DNA of 54,454 nucleotides. It comes from a virus (lineage: Duplodnaviria > Caudoviricetes). Both the position numbers and the translations under genes were made by a program. Every line of letters begins with the position of its first letter. The first letter of the stretch is position 1. The notes under the pieces are model-generated. The model searched no databases, had not been told where the DNA came from, and saw nothing but the letters and a program-made list of their open reading frames with translations. The DNA lies in the IMG/VR virus record IMGVR_UViG_3300032892_000002, positions 1 through 54,454 of that record; one strand, given 5' to 3'. Below are positions 28,810 through 37,578 of this stretch, in pieces.

Positions 28810-29514
28810 TCACCATAGGGATGCGCGCCGCACAGCCTGCGCGGTGACAGATGTCTGCGTGTAGACGGGGACGTAGGCGACGGCGGGAACTTGCGCGATC
28901 CACACCCCCGCGTAGTCGGAGGAGGAGACGTTGGCTTTGACCGGTTCCGACCAGGATAGGCCGCCGCCGGTGTCGGTGACCGACATGGTGGTGATCCCGG
29001 AGCCGCCGTCCGACGACACCAGCGCGACGAGCAGCGACCCGGCCGGAGGGGTGAACGATGCCGTTGTCACCGTCGTCACACTGAACACCCCGGCGTTGTC
29101 GGCCAGCGGCGGCGCGGACGCGTCTTCTGTGATCGTCCCGTTCGGCAGGACTTCCAGCGCGCAGCAGCCGCCGGACTGTGCGCTGTCGAACCCGTGCAGC
29201 GTCGGGCCGGGTGTGCCGGTCGCCGACGTCGATTTGAACGTCAGGTACTGCTCGTTGTTGGTGGCGTCGTTGATGTTGTCGATCGCGGTGGACAGCGGCT
29301 CTGCCGTATACGCGCTGGCGCTGTGCGGGGATGCGACCGCCGCGCCGTACACCTGGCTGCCGGTGACAGTAGTGGTGATCGTCACCCGTTGCGCGGCGTC
29401 CGCTGTTTTGACGGCACCGTTCTGTGTCGCCGCGCAGTTGGTGAGCACCATGACGCGCAGCGCCATGCCGTTGGCTGGGTGGTTGACCTGGGTGGCGGTG
29501 ACGGTCATCGCCAC
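28810..29514 (-). CDS. Hypothetical virion protein, paralog of 35569..36291
   Basis: Shared ANGMAL, TGS.VYGA, DAT.N..Y.TF.S, FTPP.GSLLVA and YAGVW motifs. Confidence 0.65.
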   Translation of the reverse strand: MAMTVTATQVNHPANGMALRVMVLTNCAATQNGAVKTADAAQRVTITTTVTGSQVYGAAVASPHSASAYTAEPLSTAIDNINDATNNEQYLTFKSTSATGTPGPTLHGFDSAQSGGCCALEVLPNGTITEDASAPPLADNAGVFSVTTVTTASFTPPAGSLLVALVSSDGGSGITTMSVTDTGGGLSWSEPVKANVSSSDYAGVWIAQVPAVAYVPVYTQTSVTAQAVRRASLW

Positions 29515-29526
29515 AATGTCACCGCC

Positions 29527-30390
29527 CTACGGGTGGAACGCCATGACAGCGGTCGCGTACGGCTGCGCCCCCCAGGTGCCCCAGGTGGGGGTGTAGCTGC
29601 CGGTGACACCGGGGAACCCGTATCCGGTGTACGGCAGGTTCGGCAGCAGCAGCGTCCACCCGGCTGGTGGGGCGGCCACGTAGTAGAACGCGGCGCCGAT
29701 CACCAGGTCACCGGCGTTGGTGAGGGTCAGCGACGGCGCCGGTGTCCCAGTTCCGGACGCTGCCGCACCGGTGTCCGCTGCGACGATACCGGCCCATTCG
29801 GTGACCGAGACACACCAGAAGTTCAGCCCATGTGACAAGGTGTCACCTGATGCGATCGGCGCCGATGCGGCGGGGGTGAAGTCGACCGGCGTGTTTCCTC
29901 CGGACGGGACGCCGAAGCTGGTGACCGTGTACGACGACGGCAGCACCTGGCCGGGGCCCAAGTCCTGAAAAATGTCACCGACGGTGATCCCCGCTGCGGC
30001 GGCGGTGGTGACCACGAACTGGGTGCTAGTTCCGGTCGCGGTCGTCGCCGCCGACCAGGGCAGCGGGTCCTTCACCGTGATTGACGTGACCGGGTTCGCG
30101 GCGATGACCCATCCGACGGTGACAACGAAGTTCCCGAAGATGCTGGTTCCGCCGAAGATCCCGCCTGTGTTCGCCGCCGACGGCGGGTTCTGGCTCGCTG
30201 CGGTGGACACCTGCCATGTGTTCGCTGCGCTGTCGGTGACCGATGCGATACCGGTGAGCGGCTGCTGGGCGCATTCGATGATGACCGCCACCAGTGTGTT
30301 CCCAGCCGCCGACGTGTACGGGATCGTCGGGCCGGATGCTGGCTGGCTGATGTTCTCAAACACAGCAGACCCGGCCAGTGTGATCGCCAT
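29527..30390 (-). CDS. Hypothetical virion protein
   Basis: AGNTLVAVII..SVTDSAANTW..AGDLVIGA beta-sandwich pattern. Confidence 0.6.
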   Translation of the reverse strand: MAITLAGSAVFENISQPASGPTIPYTSAAGNTLVAVIIECAQQPLTGIASVTDSAANTWQVSTAASQNPPSAANTGGIFGGTSIFGNFVVTVGWVIAANPVTSITVKDPLPWSAATTATGTSTQFVVTTAAAAGITVGDIFQDLGPGQVLPSSYTVTSFGVPSGGNTPVDFTPAASAPIASGDTLSHGLNFWCVSVTEWAGIVAADTGAAASGTGTPAPSLTLTNAGDLVIGAAFYYVAAPPAGWTLLLPNLPYTGYGFPGVTGSYTPTWGTWGAQPYATAVMAFHP

Positions 30391-32195
30391 CAGGTGGTGA
30401 TCCGGTAAAGGTGGTACTGGTAATCGGAGGTGAAACCGTCGGTGAACACCCCGCCGGTCACCGCGATGGTGCGGGACTCACCAAGCACCGTGACCGTTGT
30501 CCCGGTTATCCCGGTCAGCGTGAACGTGCCGGTCGTGATACCGGGATTCCCCGCGATCGCGAAAATGTAGGTGAACCCGTCACCCGGTTGCCGCACCGTG
30601 GTGTCGATCTGCACACCGGGGCCTTTGCCGTAGAACAGCACCGTTTCGGTGAACGCGGTCAGATCCGCCGGCGGCGCCTGCGACGTGTTCGACGACCCCA
30701 CCGTCAGCACACCAGCCACAGCCGGCGCGTTCAGCGCCGCCGCGAGAGCAGCGACCTGAGCGTTGATCCCCGACACTGCGCATCCCGTGCCGGGATAATT
30801 GGAGCTGCTGAGCGAGTTGAAATCACCCGGCGGCCAGAACAGATGATCGAAATAGATGATGCCCCGGGCACCGTGGATCAGCATCATCCACACCGCCTGC
30901 GTCATCTGCGTCGGGGTGATCGCCGCACCACCGTTGCCTGCAACGCATTCCACGAACCCCCACACCGGTTTCGCGTAATTCACCCACTGCAGCATCCGGT
31001 CGATCACCCGGCCATACACCCAGATCCCCGGATGGGTGGGCACGGTGTCGGTCTCGCTGACCGCGTACATGTCGCAGGACACGATGTCGGCCGCCACGAA
31101 CTGTTCCATGATGTCGGCGTGAGTAAGTCCGCTGCCTGGGAAGGTGAGCATCGACCAGCCGGACAACGCGAAGTTCAGGTACGCGGGACGGGTCGAATCG
31201 TAACTGTGCACGATGTTCGTGTAGCCCTGCACCACCGGCCCAGGGGTCGGGGTGGTGGAGTCAAGCTCATCACCGATGGTGTAAGACCTGGAGATCTGCG
31301 ACACGGTCGGGTTGGTGACGTAAAACTCGGCGGACTGGTGACCGCCGTTGTTGTCACCACCGGCCATCATGTTGAACCCGACCGCGTAGGCACCTTCCAT
31401 GTTCCCGTTATCCGGCGGCCACCCGAAGATCGTCACGTCCGTGTTGAAATTCATCGACTGGTAGCGGAGCGGCGCGATGGAGTAGGTGCCGCTTTGCTGC
31501 CACACGCCGATCGGGAAAAACGTGGCCCCGGTGGGGAAACAGTTCACCCACCGGGAGTAGTAACCAGGCCCGACCGGCGGGTTGACCTGGTTGGTCATCT
31601 CGAACACGACGTCGACGCCGTAGATCTCGCTGTTGTTCCCGGTGTTGGGGAACGTTCCGGGGGTAGTTGAGTAGAACCCGGCGCCGAACGGTGAGACGGT
31701 GAACACGCCAGGCAGGATCAGCGGCCATACGGGGATCGCGGACTGGCTGCCCATGATGTGGTTGGTGGATTCCATGTAGCCGGTACTCGCGGACACCGAC
31801 ATGCGGTACACCGCAGGGAACGGGCTGATCGTCACCGGGGTACCGAAGGTGGCGGTGTTCCAGGTGCCGCTGGTTTCGGCGCCGAACGCTGCCGTCGCAA
31901 GCAGGGTGCCTGTGTCGGTCCACAGGTTCGCGTTCCGCGACGGGTCGGTGTTTCCGGGGTCTTTCCAGAACCGGATCCCGGTGACCTTGCCGGGTTGCAG
32001 CGTGAAGAACCGCATCCCGATCTCAATCGGCGTGCTGTCGGCGTTGAACACGGTGTCCATCGCCGCCGCCGAGCCCCACAGTGTACTGGACGTGGTTGTG
32101 AACGCTGCCGTCCCAGCCAGGGCGAAGGTCTGTGACAGCGATGATTGCAGGTTCCGCTGATCAACAACATTCGCGGTGAACGTTACCGATGTCAC
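30390..32195 (-). CDS. DUF4082-like domain fused to a putative TIM-barrel glycoside hydrolase
   Basis: PIEIGMRF..GKVTGIRFWK..NLWT..GTLLATA..YGVDVVF; then FFPIGVW, IGDELD, DIVSCDMY, PVWGFVE and HGARGIIYF. Confidence 0.65.
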   Translation of the reverse strand: MTSVTFTANVVDQRNLQSSLSQTFALAGTAAFTTTSSTLWGSAAAMDTVFNADSTPIEIGMRFFTLQPGKVTGIRFWKDPGNTDPSRNANLWTDTGTLLATAAFGAETSGTWNTATFGTPVTISPFPAVYRMSVSASTGYMESTNHIMGSQSAIPVWPLILPGVFTVSPFGAGFYSTTPGTFPNTGNNSEIYGVDVVFEMTNQVNPPVGPGYYSRWVNCFPTGATFFPIGVWQQSGTYSIAPLRYQSMNFNTDVTIFGWPPDNGNMEGAYAVGFNMMAGGDNNGGHQSAEFYVTNPTVSQISRSYTIGDELDSTTPTPGPVVQGYTNIVHSYDSTRPAYLNFALSGWSMLTFPGSGLTHADIMEQFVAADIVSCDMYAVSETDTVPTHPGIWVYGRVIDRMLQWVNYAKPVWGFVECVAGNGGAAITPTQMTQAVWMMLIHGARGIIYFDHLFWPPGDFNSLSSSNYPGTGCAVSGINAQVAALAAALNAPAVAGVLTVGSSNTSQAPPADLTAFTETVLFYGKGPGVQIDTTVRQPGDGFTYIFAIAGNPGITTGTFTLTGITGTTVTVLGESRTIAVTGGVFTDGFTSDYQYHLYRITT

Positions 32196-32425
32196 GGCGC
32201 CGTCCAGGTCCACACGGACGGGTCAGCGGTGGGCTGCGGCGCAGGGCCGGTGCTCGCCGCCAGAGTGAACGCCATCACCCCGGCGCTTTGCGCGTTGATA
32301 TGGATCGTCGCGGTCGCGCCGGACGGCACCGGGTCGGGGAACACTGTGATAGCGACCACTTGCGGCGCCGGGCCGATGGGGGTCTGCTGCTGTGTCACCC
32401 ATACCGGGTTCTGCATCATCGGCAT
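32192..32425 (-). CDS. Small hypothetical protein
   Basis: SD GGAG; GTGA overlap with the next gene. Confidence 0.5.
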   Translation of the reverse strand: MPMMQNPVWVTQQQTPIGPAPQVVAITVFPDPVPSGATATIHINAQSAGVMAFTLAASTGPAPQPTADPSVWTWTAP

Positions 32426-32426
32426 G

Positions 32427-33143
32427 TCAGCTCCACATCGAGATCCCCCGGGTGAACCGCTGCCCCGGCACTACCGGTGTTCCGGGTGATATCTGCGGAT
32501 TGACCCCTGCGGTGGACGCGAAGTTGATGTAACTGTTTCCTGGGGTGAACACCCCTCCGCCGATCACCGTACCCGCAGGCCCCACGGGGGCGGCGGTGTC
32601 GACGACGGCGACGGCGACGCCGCTGCCGGGGGTGCCGTCTGACGCTGCCGTCCGCGGCGTTCCCGTTGGTGGGGTCAGGGTGCTGGACGCGTACGTGGCC
32701 GCCATCTGCACAGCCCAGTCGCCGGGGACGGTTGTCACCACCGATGGGGCGGTGATCGTGGCGGCGAAATTCCCGGTGCTGCCGTACCCGTCCACACCCG
32801 CCGCGCCCGTGTACGCGGCCACCGCAATCGCGAACCCTGTCGTGTCCGCCGTCCACGTGACCGTGATCATCGCGCCTGGGTCCGCCGCATCGGCGACCGC
32901 CCAGAACAGGCCGTACTCGAAGGTGTAGAACGCATCCTGCCGCTGCGTAACCCCAAGCTGGGTCAGCGGTGTCCCGCTCGAGGTGACTGTCATGTCTGAC
33001 GGCGGGAGCCGGTTGTGACCGCCTGTGGCGGCGATGAGAAGCACGTCGCCGGGCAGCACCCCCGCCGGGATGGTGAGGGTGAACACGCCGGTGCCGGATG
33101 ATTGGGTGGCGGCGGCGGCGCCGGTGTTGTAGGCGATGGTCAC
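32427..33143 (-). CDS. Hypothetical virion protein
   Basis: TLTIPAGVLPGDVLLIA..AVAAYTGA..ITAPSVVTTVPGD beta-sandwich repeats. Confidence 0.6.
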   Translation of the reverse strand: MTIAYNTGAAAATQSSGTGVFTLTIPAGVLPGDVLLIAATGGHNRLPPSDMTVTSSGTPLTQLGVTQRQDAFYTFEYGLFWAVADAADPGAMITVTWTADTTGFAIAVAAYTGAAGVDGYGSTGNFAATITAPSVVTTVPGDWAVQMAATYASSTLTPPTGTPRTAASDGTPGSGVAVAVVDTAAPVGPAGTVIGGGVFTPGNSYINFASTAGVNPQISPGTPVVPGQRFTRGISMWS

Positions 33144-34727
33144 CTAGTACAGCACCCACGCGGTTGACAGGGTTCCGGTGTAGGTGACCGTGTACGACTT
33201 CCCTGACGGCACCGCTACCGGCCCGACATCGGTCCCGGCGGTGATCGGCAACGTGAGACCACCGACCGACACAGCGGTGATCGACCCGCCAGACGTGGAT
33301 AGCCACACTTGGGCGTCGCGGTAGTACCAGTTGAATTGCGGCACGGTCGACGCCGGCGCGGCTGGTGCGCCGGCGGTCTGCGGCCCTGGTGGCATGTTTT
33401 TCTGGATGACCCGAAGGTTCGCGCCGCCGGTGCCGATCCCGCCGTCCTGGTAGTGGCCTGAGCCGTTGACCCGCCAGCCGATGGTGCCGATGCCGTAGTT
33501 GTTCGGATCGAAAAACGCGCCGGCGGATTCGACGTCGAGGGTCTCCACGTCGATGTTGATGGTGTTGTCGAGGAAACCGATGGCCTGCTGGCACACTTCG
33601 GCGCTGACGTAATTGAGCTGACCGGCGTGCGGCATCGGGGTGCCGGCCCCGGAGTATGTTTCGACACCGATGATGCAGTACACGGCCCGGATCGAGTCGG
33701 CGGCCGTGTGCTCGGACGGCATCACCCCGTAGCACAAGCCTTCCGCTGACCACCAGCCGATGTTGCAGTTGTCGTTGTTGTTGAACGACGGCATCCGCAG
33801 CCCGAACGTCCACTGGTTCGAGATGTTCGCCGAGTTCACCATCGTCGGCACTATCGGCGTCGGCGGCGGCACAGCAGCGGCCATACACGCCCCGGTGATC
33901 ACGTTTGCTTCGGCGAGGCCCCAGAAATCCCACCCGCAGTACGTCGTGTTGTACGGCACCAGCATCGAGATACCGTCGACAGTGACCAGCAGATTGGTGA
34001 CAGTTCCGCCGCCGTAACCGTTGTACGGCCCACCAATGACCGACGCTGGGCCGTTCGCTATATCGTTGGTGCCGTCGGCGCGCATACAGGCCAGCACGGT
34101 CCCCGACGCCTGCGGGGTCTGCTGCAGCCAATGCGGCAACGCGGTCACATCCAGCACACCCCGGTACACGATGGTGATTTTCTGCGACGTAGGCACGATG
34201 ATCGGCAGCGGGATCTGCGCGTTCCCCAACGTGGCGCCCCCGATGACCGGCGCCCCGGCGATGCAGTACATCAACGGGTCGAAGATTATCTCTGCGTACC
34301 CGTTGCCTGCCTGCGCATAGGCGACAGCGGCAGCCTGCGCAGCCGCGATCGCAGCAGTGTCGTCAGTGCCGTAGTACGCGACCGCCTGCGACACCGACGA
34401 CGTGGCCGCCGCTGCGAGGGTCGCCGACCCGGCCCCAGCTGAGGAGATCGTCGTCGCCAGCGGCGTGAACGCGCCGCCACCCGCCCCGGACACGACGATC
34501 GCTTTTCCCGCGTCGGCGGCGGTGATCGACGCCGACGTGAACGTGTGGCTGCCGATCGTCATCGCGCCGTCGCTGACGACTTTGCCGTTACCCACCGCAC
34601 CGTACGTCGACGCGACGAAGCCGCCGACGTAGAACTGGTACGGGAAAAAGTACGGTGCAGGCACTTCCGGTGTCACCGCCCCTTCTTCTTGCAGAGCGGT
34701 CCACAGCGGGTTCAGCCGGGTACGCAC
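33144..34727 (-). CDS. Beta-helix/fibre-like virion protein
   Basis: YGAVGNGK..DAGKAIVVSGAG..GTDDTAAIAAA followed by beta-helix-like segments. Confidence 0.6.
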   Translation of the reverse strand: MRTRLNPLWTALQEEGAVTPEVPAPYFFPYQFYVGGFVASTYGAVGNGKVVSDGAMTIGSHTFTSASITAADAGKAIVVSGAGGGAFTPLATTISSAGAGSATLAAAATSSVSQAVAYYGTDDTAAIAAAQAAAVAYAQAGNGYAEIIFDPLMYCIAGAPVIGGATLGNAQIPLPIIVPTSQKITIVYRGVLDVTALPHWLQQTPQASGTVLACMRADGTNDIANGPASVIGGPYNGYGGGTVTNLLVTVDGISMLVPYNTTYCGWDFWGLAEANVITGACMAAAVPPPTPIVPTMVNSANISNQWTFGLRMPSFNNNDNCNIGWWSAEGLCYGVMPSEHTAADSIRAVYCIIGVETYSGAGTPMPHAGQLNYVSAEVCQQAIGFLDNTINIDVETLDVESAGAFFDPNNYGIGTIGWRVNGSGHYQDGGIGTGGANLRVIQKNMPPGPQTAGAPAAPASTVPQFNWYYRDAQVWLSTSGGSITAVSVGGLTLPITAGTDVGPVAVPSGKSYTVTYTGTLSTAWVLY

Positions 34728-34751
34728 AACCGCCCTCCCGGATACACGGCG

Positions 34752-35552
34752 TCAGCGGGCCGCCAGAGCCGCAGCCTCCGCTGGCAGGTACGCCGCCTGG
34801 TAGCCCCACGGGTTACCGGCCCGCGCGTCCTGGTCGGTGACGTAGATGTTGCCGATGTTCGCGGCCTGCGCCTGAACGAGGACCTGCTGCATGAAATACG
34901 GCGACGGGCAGTTGTACACCAGCGCCGCAAACCGTGACGCCGGGTAGTTCTGCACCCACGACGGCAACGCGGCCAGGAACGCCGCCCACGCCCCCGCCCC
35001 GTAGTCGTTCTCGTGGATGATCACAATATCGGCGAACGTCATGTACCCCGGGTCGGACGCTGGGACCGTGCCCCAGTTCAGCACCGCGACCGCCCCGCCG
35101 ACTGTGTGGACCTGGTTGCACAGCGTCTGGTAGTAGCTGGCGTTCCCGGCCGTGTCGTCGGCCCGGTCGAAAAAGATCGACGTCACTGCCGGCGGCCCTG
35201 GATAGATAACGGGCCATGATCCTGCGCCGGACACCTGCGCCTGCGCGGTCGCCAGCGGAACCGCTGTGTAGTTGGTGTCCACATAGCCGAGCACCGTGAT
35301 CCCTGCCGTGAACGCGGCGCTGATCGCGGTCGTGTAAAACGCGTCCCCGGCGCCGGGCCCGGATGCCGGGTCAGCGATCGCGTATTTGACCGCCCCACCG
35401 GTCCCGGTGCCCGCCCCCGCCGCGAGCCCAGCTGAATAGGTGCCGCAAAGCTGCCAGAATATGCCCAGCGCAGGATGCTGGTACACGGGCACCAGCATCG
35501 ATGTCGCCGCCTGCTTGTACGCCACCCACGGTGGGCTCATCGCCGCATGCAT
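34752..35552 (-). CDS. Spherulin-4-like (GH135) glycoside hydrolase
   Basis: LVPVYQHP, ADPASGPG, VLGYVDTNY, SIFFD, VLNWG, ADIVIIHE, YPASRFAALVY and GNIYVTD..NPW follow the Spherulin4 order; SD AAAGGA. Confidence 0.8.
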   Translation of the reverse strand: MHAAMSPPWVAYKQAATSMLVPVYQHPALGIFWQLCGTYSAGLAAGAGTGTGGAVKYAIADPASGPGAGDAFYTTAISAAFTAGITVLGYVDTNYTAVPLATAQAQVSGAGSWPVIYPGPPAVTSIFFDRADDTAGNASYYQTLCNQVHTVGGAVAVLNWGTVPASDPGYMTFADIVIIHENDYGAGAWAAFLAALPSWVQNYPASRFAALVYNCPSPYFMQQVLVQAQAANIGNIYVTDQDARAGNPWGYQAAYLPAEAAALAAR

Positions 35553-35568
35553 CAGGCCACCGTTCCTT

Positions 35569-36291
35569 TCAGCCGCATACCACCACAGCGGCCCACACCC
35601 CCGCGTACCCGCCTGTCGGTGACGAGTACCGGCACAGTTCGGTCCACTGCAGCATGCCGTTGTCGTCGCACAACTGGACACATGCGCCGGTGCCCGCAGC
35701 GGCGACCATGGCGACCAGTAGCGACCCCATCGGCGGGGTGAAATGCGCGGTCGACACAGACGTACCCGAGGCAGTGACTGCCGGCGGTGATGACGGGTCT
35801 TCGAGCAGGGTCCCGGATGCGGGGATTTCGACGGCTGCGATACCACCGGCGGTTTTCGGCGCCATGTCCGATGCGCCGACGGTGATCGGTGTCCCGGCGG
35901 TGGTGTAGCCACCGGCGCCGTCGTCCGAGGACCGGAACGTTCCGTAGGTGGCGTTGTCTGTGGCGTCGGCGACGTTCTGGCTGAACGTGGTCCCCCCCTC
36001 GGGGGTCCACGCCGACGCCGCGTCGTTGCGGCACACCGCCCCATACACCAGCGACCCCGTGTACTCGGGGACCAGCGTCACCGCTGGGATCGCCGCATAC
36101 CGGGCGCCGGTCGCGCCGGGGGTGAACGACGACTGGTACTGCGGCCCCGACACCGTGATCACCACGCCGGTGAGCGCTTTCACGGTCAGCGCCATCCCGT
36201 TCGCCGCACCCGCCCCCCACTGGTACGCGGTGACCGCTGGGCTCACGCTGTTGCATTGCCGCCACGGCATGATCGCCTGCCCGGTGAACAT
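35569..36291 (-). CDS. Hypothetical virion protein, paralog of 28810..29514
   Basis: Shares the motifs listed for 28810..29514. Confidence 0.65.
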   Translation of the reverse strand: MFTGQAIMPWRQCNSVSPAVTAYQWGAGAANGMALTVKALTGVVITVSGPQYQSSFTPGATGARYAAIPAVTLVPEYTGSLVYGAVCRNDAASAWTPEGGTTFSQNVADATDNATYGTFRSSDDGAGGYTTAGTPITVGASDMAPKTAGGIAAVEIPASGTLLEDPSSPPAVTASGTSVSTAHFTPPMGSLLVAMVAAAGTGACVQLCDDNGMLQWTELCRYSSPTGGYAGVWAAVVVCG

Positions 36292-36298
36292 CGGCCGG

Positions 36299-36880
36299 TC
36301 AGTCCTCACCAGCCAGAGTCAGATATTCGGTGGTGACCGTGTTCCCTGCCGTCGCCGCGCTCAGCGACAACGCCGGCCACAGGAAATACTGCTGATCACT
36401 CGCCCACGTCGCCAGCGGAGTGATCGCCCCCGACGCGGGCAGCGGGACGATACCGAACGTCGCAGTGGGGAACCCGATCGACGTGAACGACCCCTGCGCG
36501 AGAACCGTCGACGCGCCGCCGAGCGCCAGGGTCCGCAACCCGATACGGATCGACGACGTCCACGGGGCGCTGGTCTGCGCGGTCGGCGTGAACGTTCCGG
36601 TCGACCCGAGCGTCAACGTGGTGCCGAACGCGTTGGTGGTCGTCAGATACAGGAAAAACTGCCACGTCGGGATCGTCGCCGTGGCAGTCATCAAGCCACC
36701 AATCTCCAGCCTCAGCGACGATGACCGCGACCCCACCGACCCCATGATCCCACCAGGAATCACGATCGCCGGATACGTCAGCGTGATACTCGACCCCGGC
36801 GACGTCGTTGGAGTACTTGTCGTCGCCGCGCCGTAAAACGAGTACAGCAGCTCCGTCTGGGTGCCGAAAAAACCGCTCAC
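36299..36880 (-). CDS. Hypothetical virion protein
   Basis: Thr-rich beta protein coupled to the glycosyltransferase by a GTGA overlap. Confidence 0.6.
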   Translation of the reverse strand: MSGFFGTQTELLYSFYGAATTSTPTTSPGSSITLTYPAIVIPGGIMGSVGSRSSSLRLEIGGLMTATATIPTWQFFLYLTTTNAFGTTLTLGSTGTFTPTAQTSAPWTSSIRIGLRTLALGGASTVLAQGSFTSIGFPTATFGIVPLPASGAITPLATWASDQQYFLWPALSLSAATAGNTVTTEYLTLAGED

Positions 36881-37578
36881 CGTTCACCACCGCCCCGCCG
36901 CAGAGCCCGTATCTTCGCCACGTCCCCAGCCATCCGCTCCGCCCGCCACACCTTGTACGCCTGCTCGTCATGCTGCACATGCGGCCACGCGTCCCGGTAC
37001 GTCGCGTCCCACTGCGCTTTCCCGGTGACGTGATGCTTATGCGGCACCAGCACGTCCCGCAGATACGCAAGGCACCCTGCCGCTTCGCCGAGGTCGTGGA
37101 CCACGTTGTCGACCCACCAATGGTTCAGCGACGGCTCACACATCCATCCCAGCGCTTCCGCGATGTCCGACGACTGGATCCACGCTTCACACACATCGTC
37201 GCGGATCTGGTCGTTCGGGTACGCGAACCCCGTCCCCCCCATCCCCGCGACCGCTTCCAGTAGCAGCTTGTCCCAGCCTTCGGTGACTGGCACATGGTCG
37301 TCGCCGAACGACCCCAGATGGCGGAACGACCCAGCCGCATACGACGCCACGTAGTTCGTCCACCCGGCCAGCCCTTTACGCGGGCCTGTCACCACCGACC
37401 CGGGGAACCCGCCCGCTTTCGCCGCCGCCCGGTTCTGTTCGAGCGCGGGGTCGTCGTCGTCGAAACAGAACACCACATCGGTGCGGGCCCGCGATGTGGT
37501 TTTGACGGTGCGGGCGAACCGGGCCACGTTCCCTGGCCGTCCCCGCGACGGGACGATCAGCAGCAGGTCAGGTCGCAT
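36877..37578 (-). CDS. GT-A fold (GT2-like) glycosyltransferase
   Basis: LLIVPSRGRP, FCFDDDD, GSFGDDHVP..GWD and HWWVDN motifs. Confidence 0.8.
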   Translation of the reverse strand: MRPDLLLIVPSRGRPGNVARFARTVKTTSRARTDVVFCFDDDDPALEQNRAAAKAGGFPGSVVTGPRKGLAGWTNYVASYAAGSFRHLGSFGDDHVPVTEGWDKLLLEAVAGMGGTGFAYPNDQIRDDVCEAWIQSSDIAEALGWMCEPSLNHWWVDNVVHDLGEAAGCLAYLRDVLVPHKHHVTGKAQWDATYRDAWPHVQHDEQAYKVWRAERMAGDVAKIRALRRGGGER

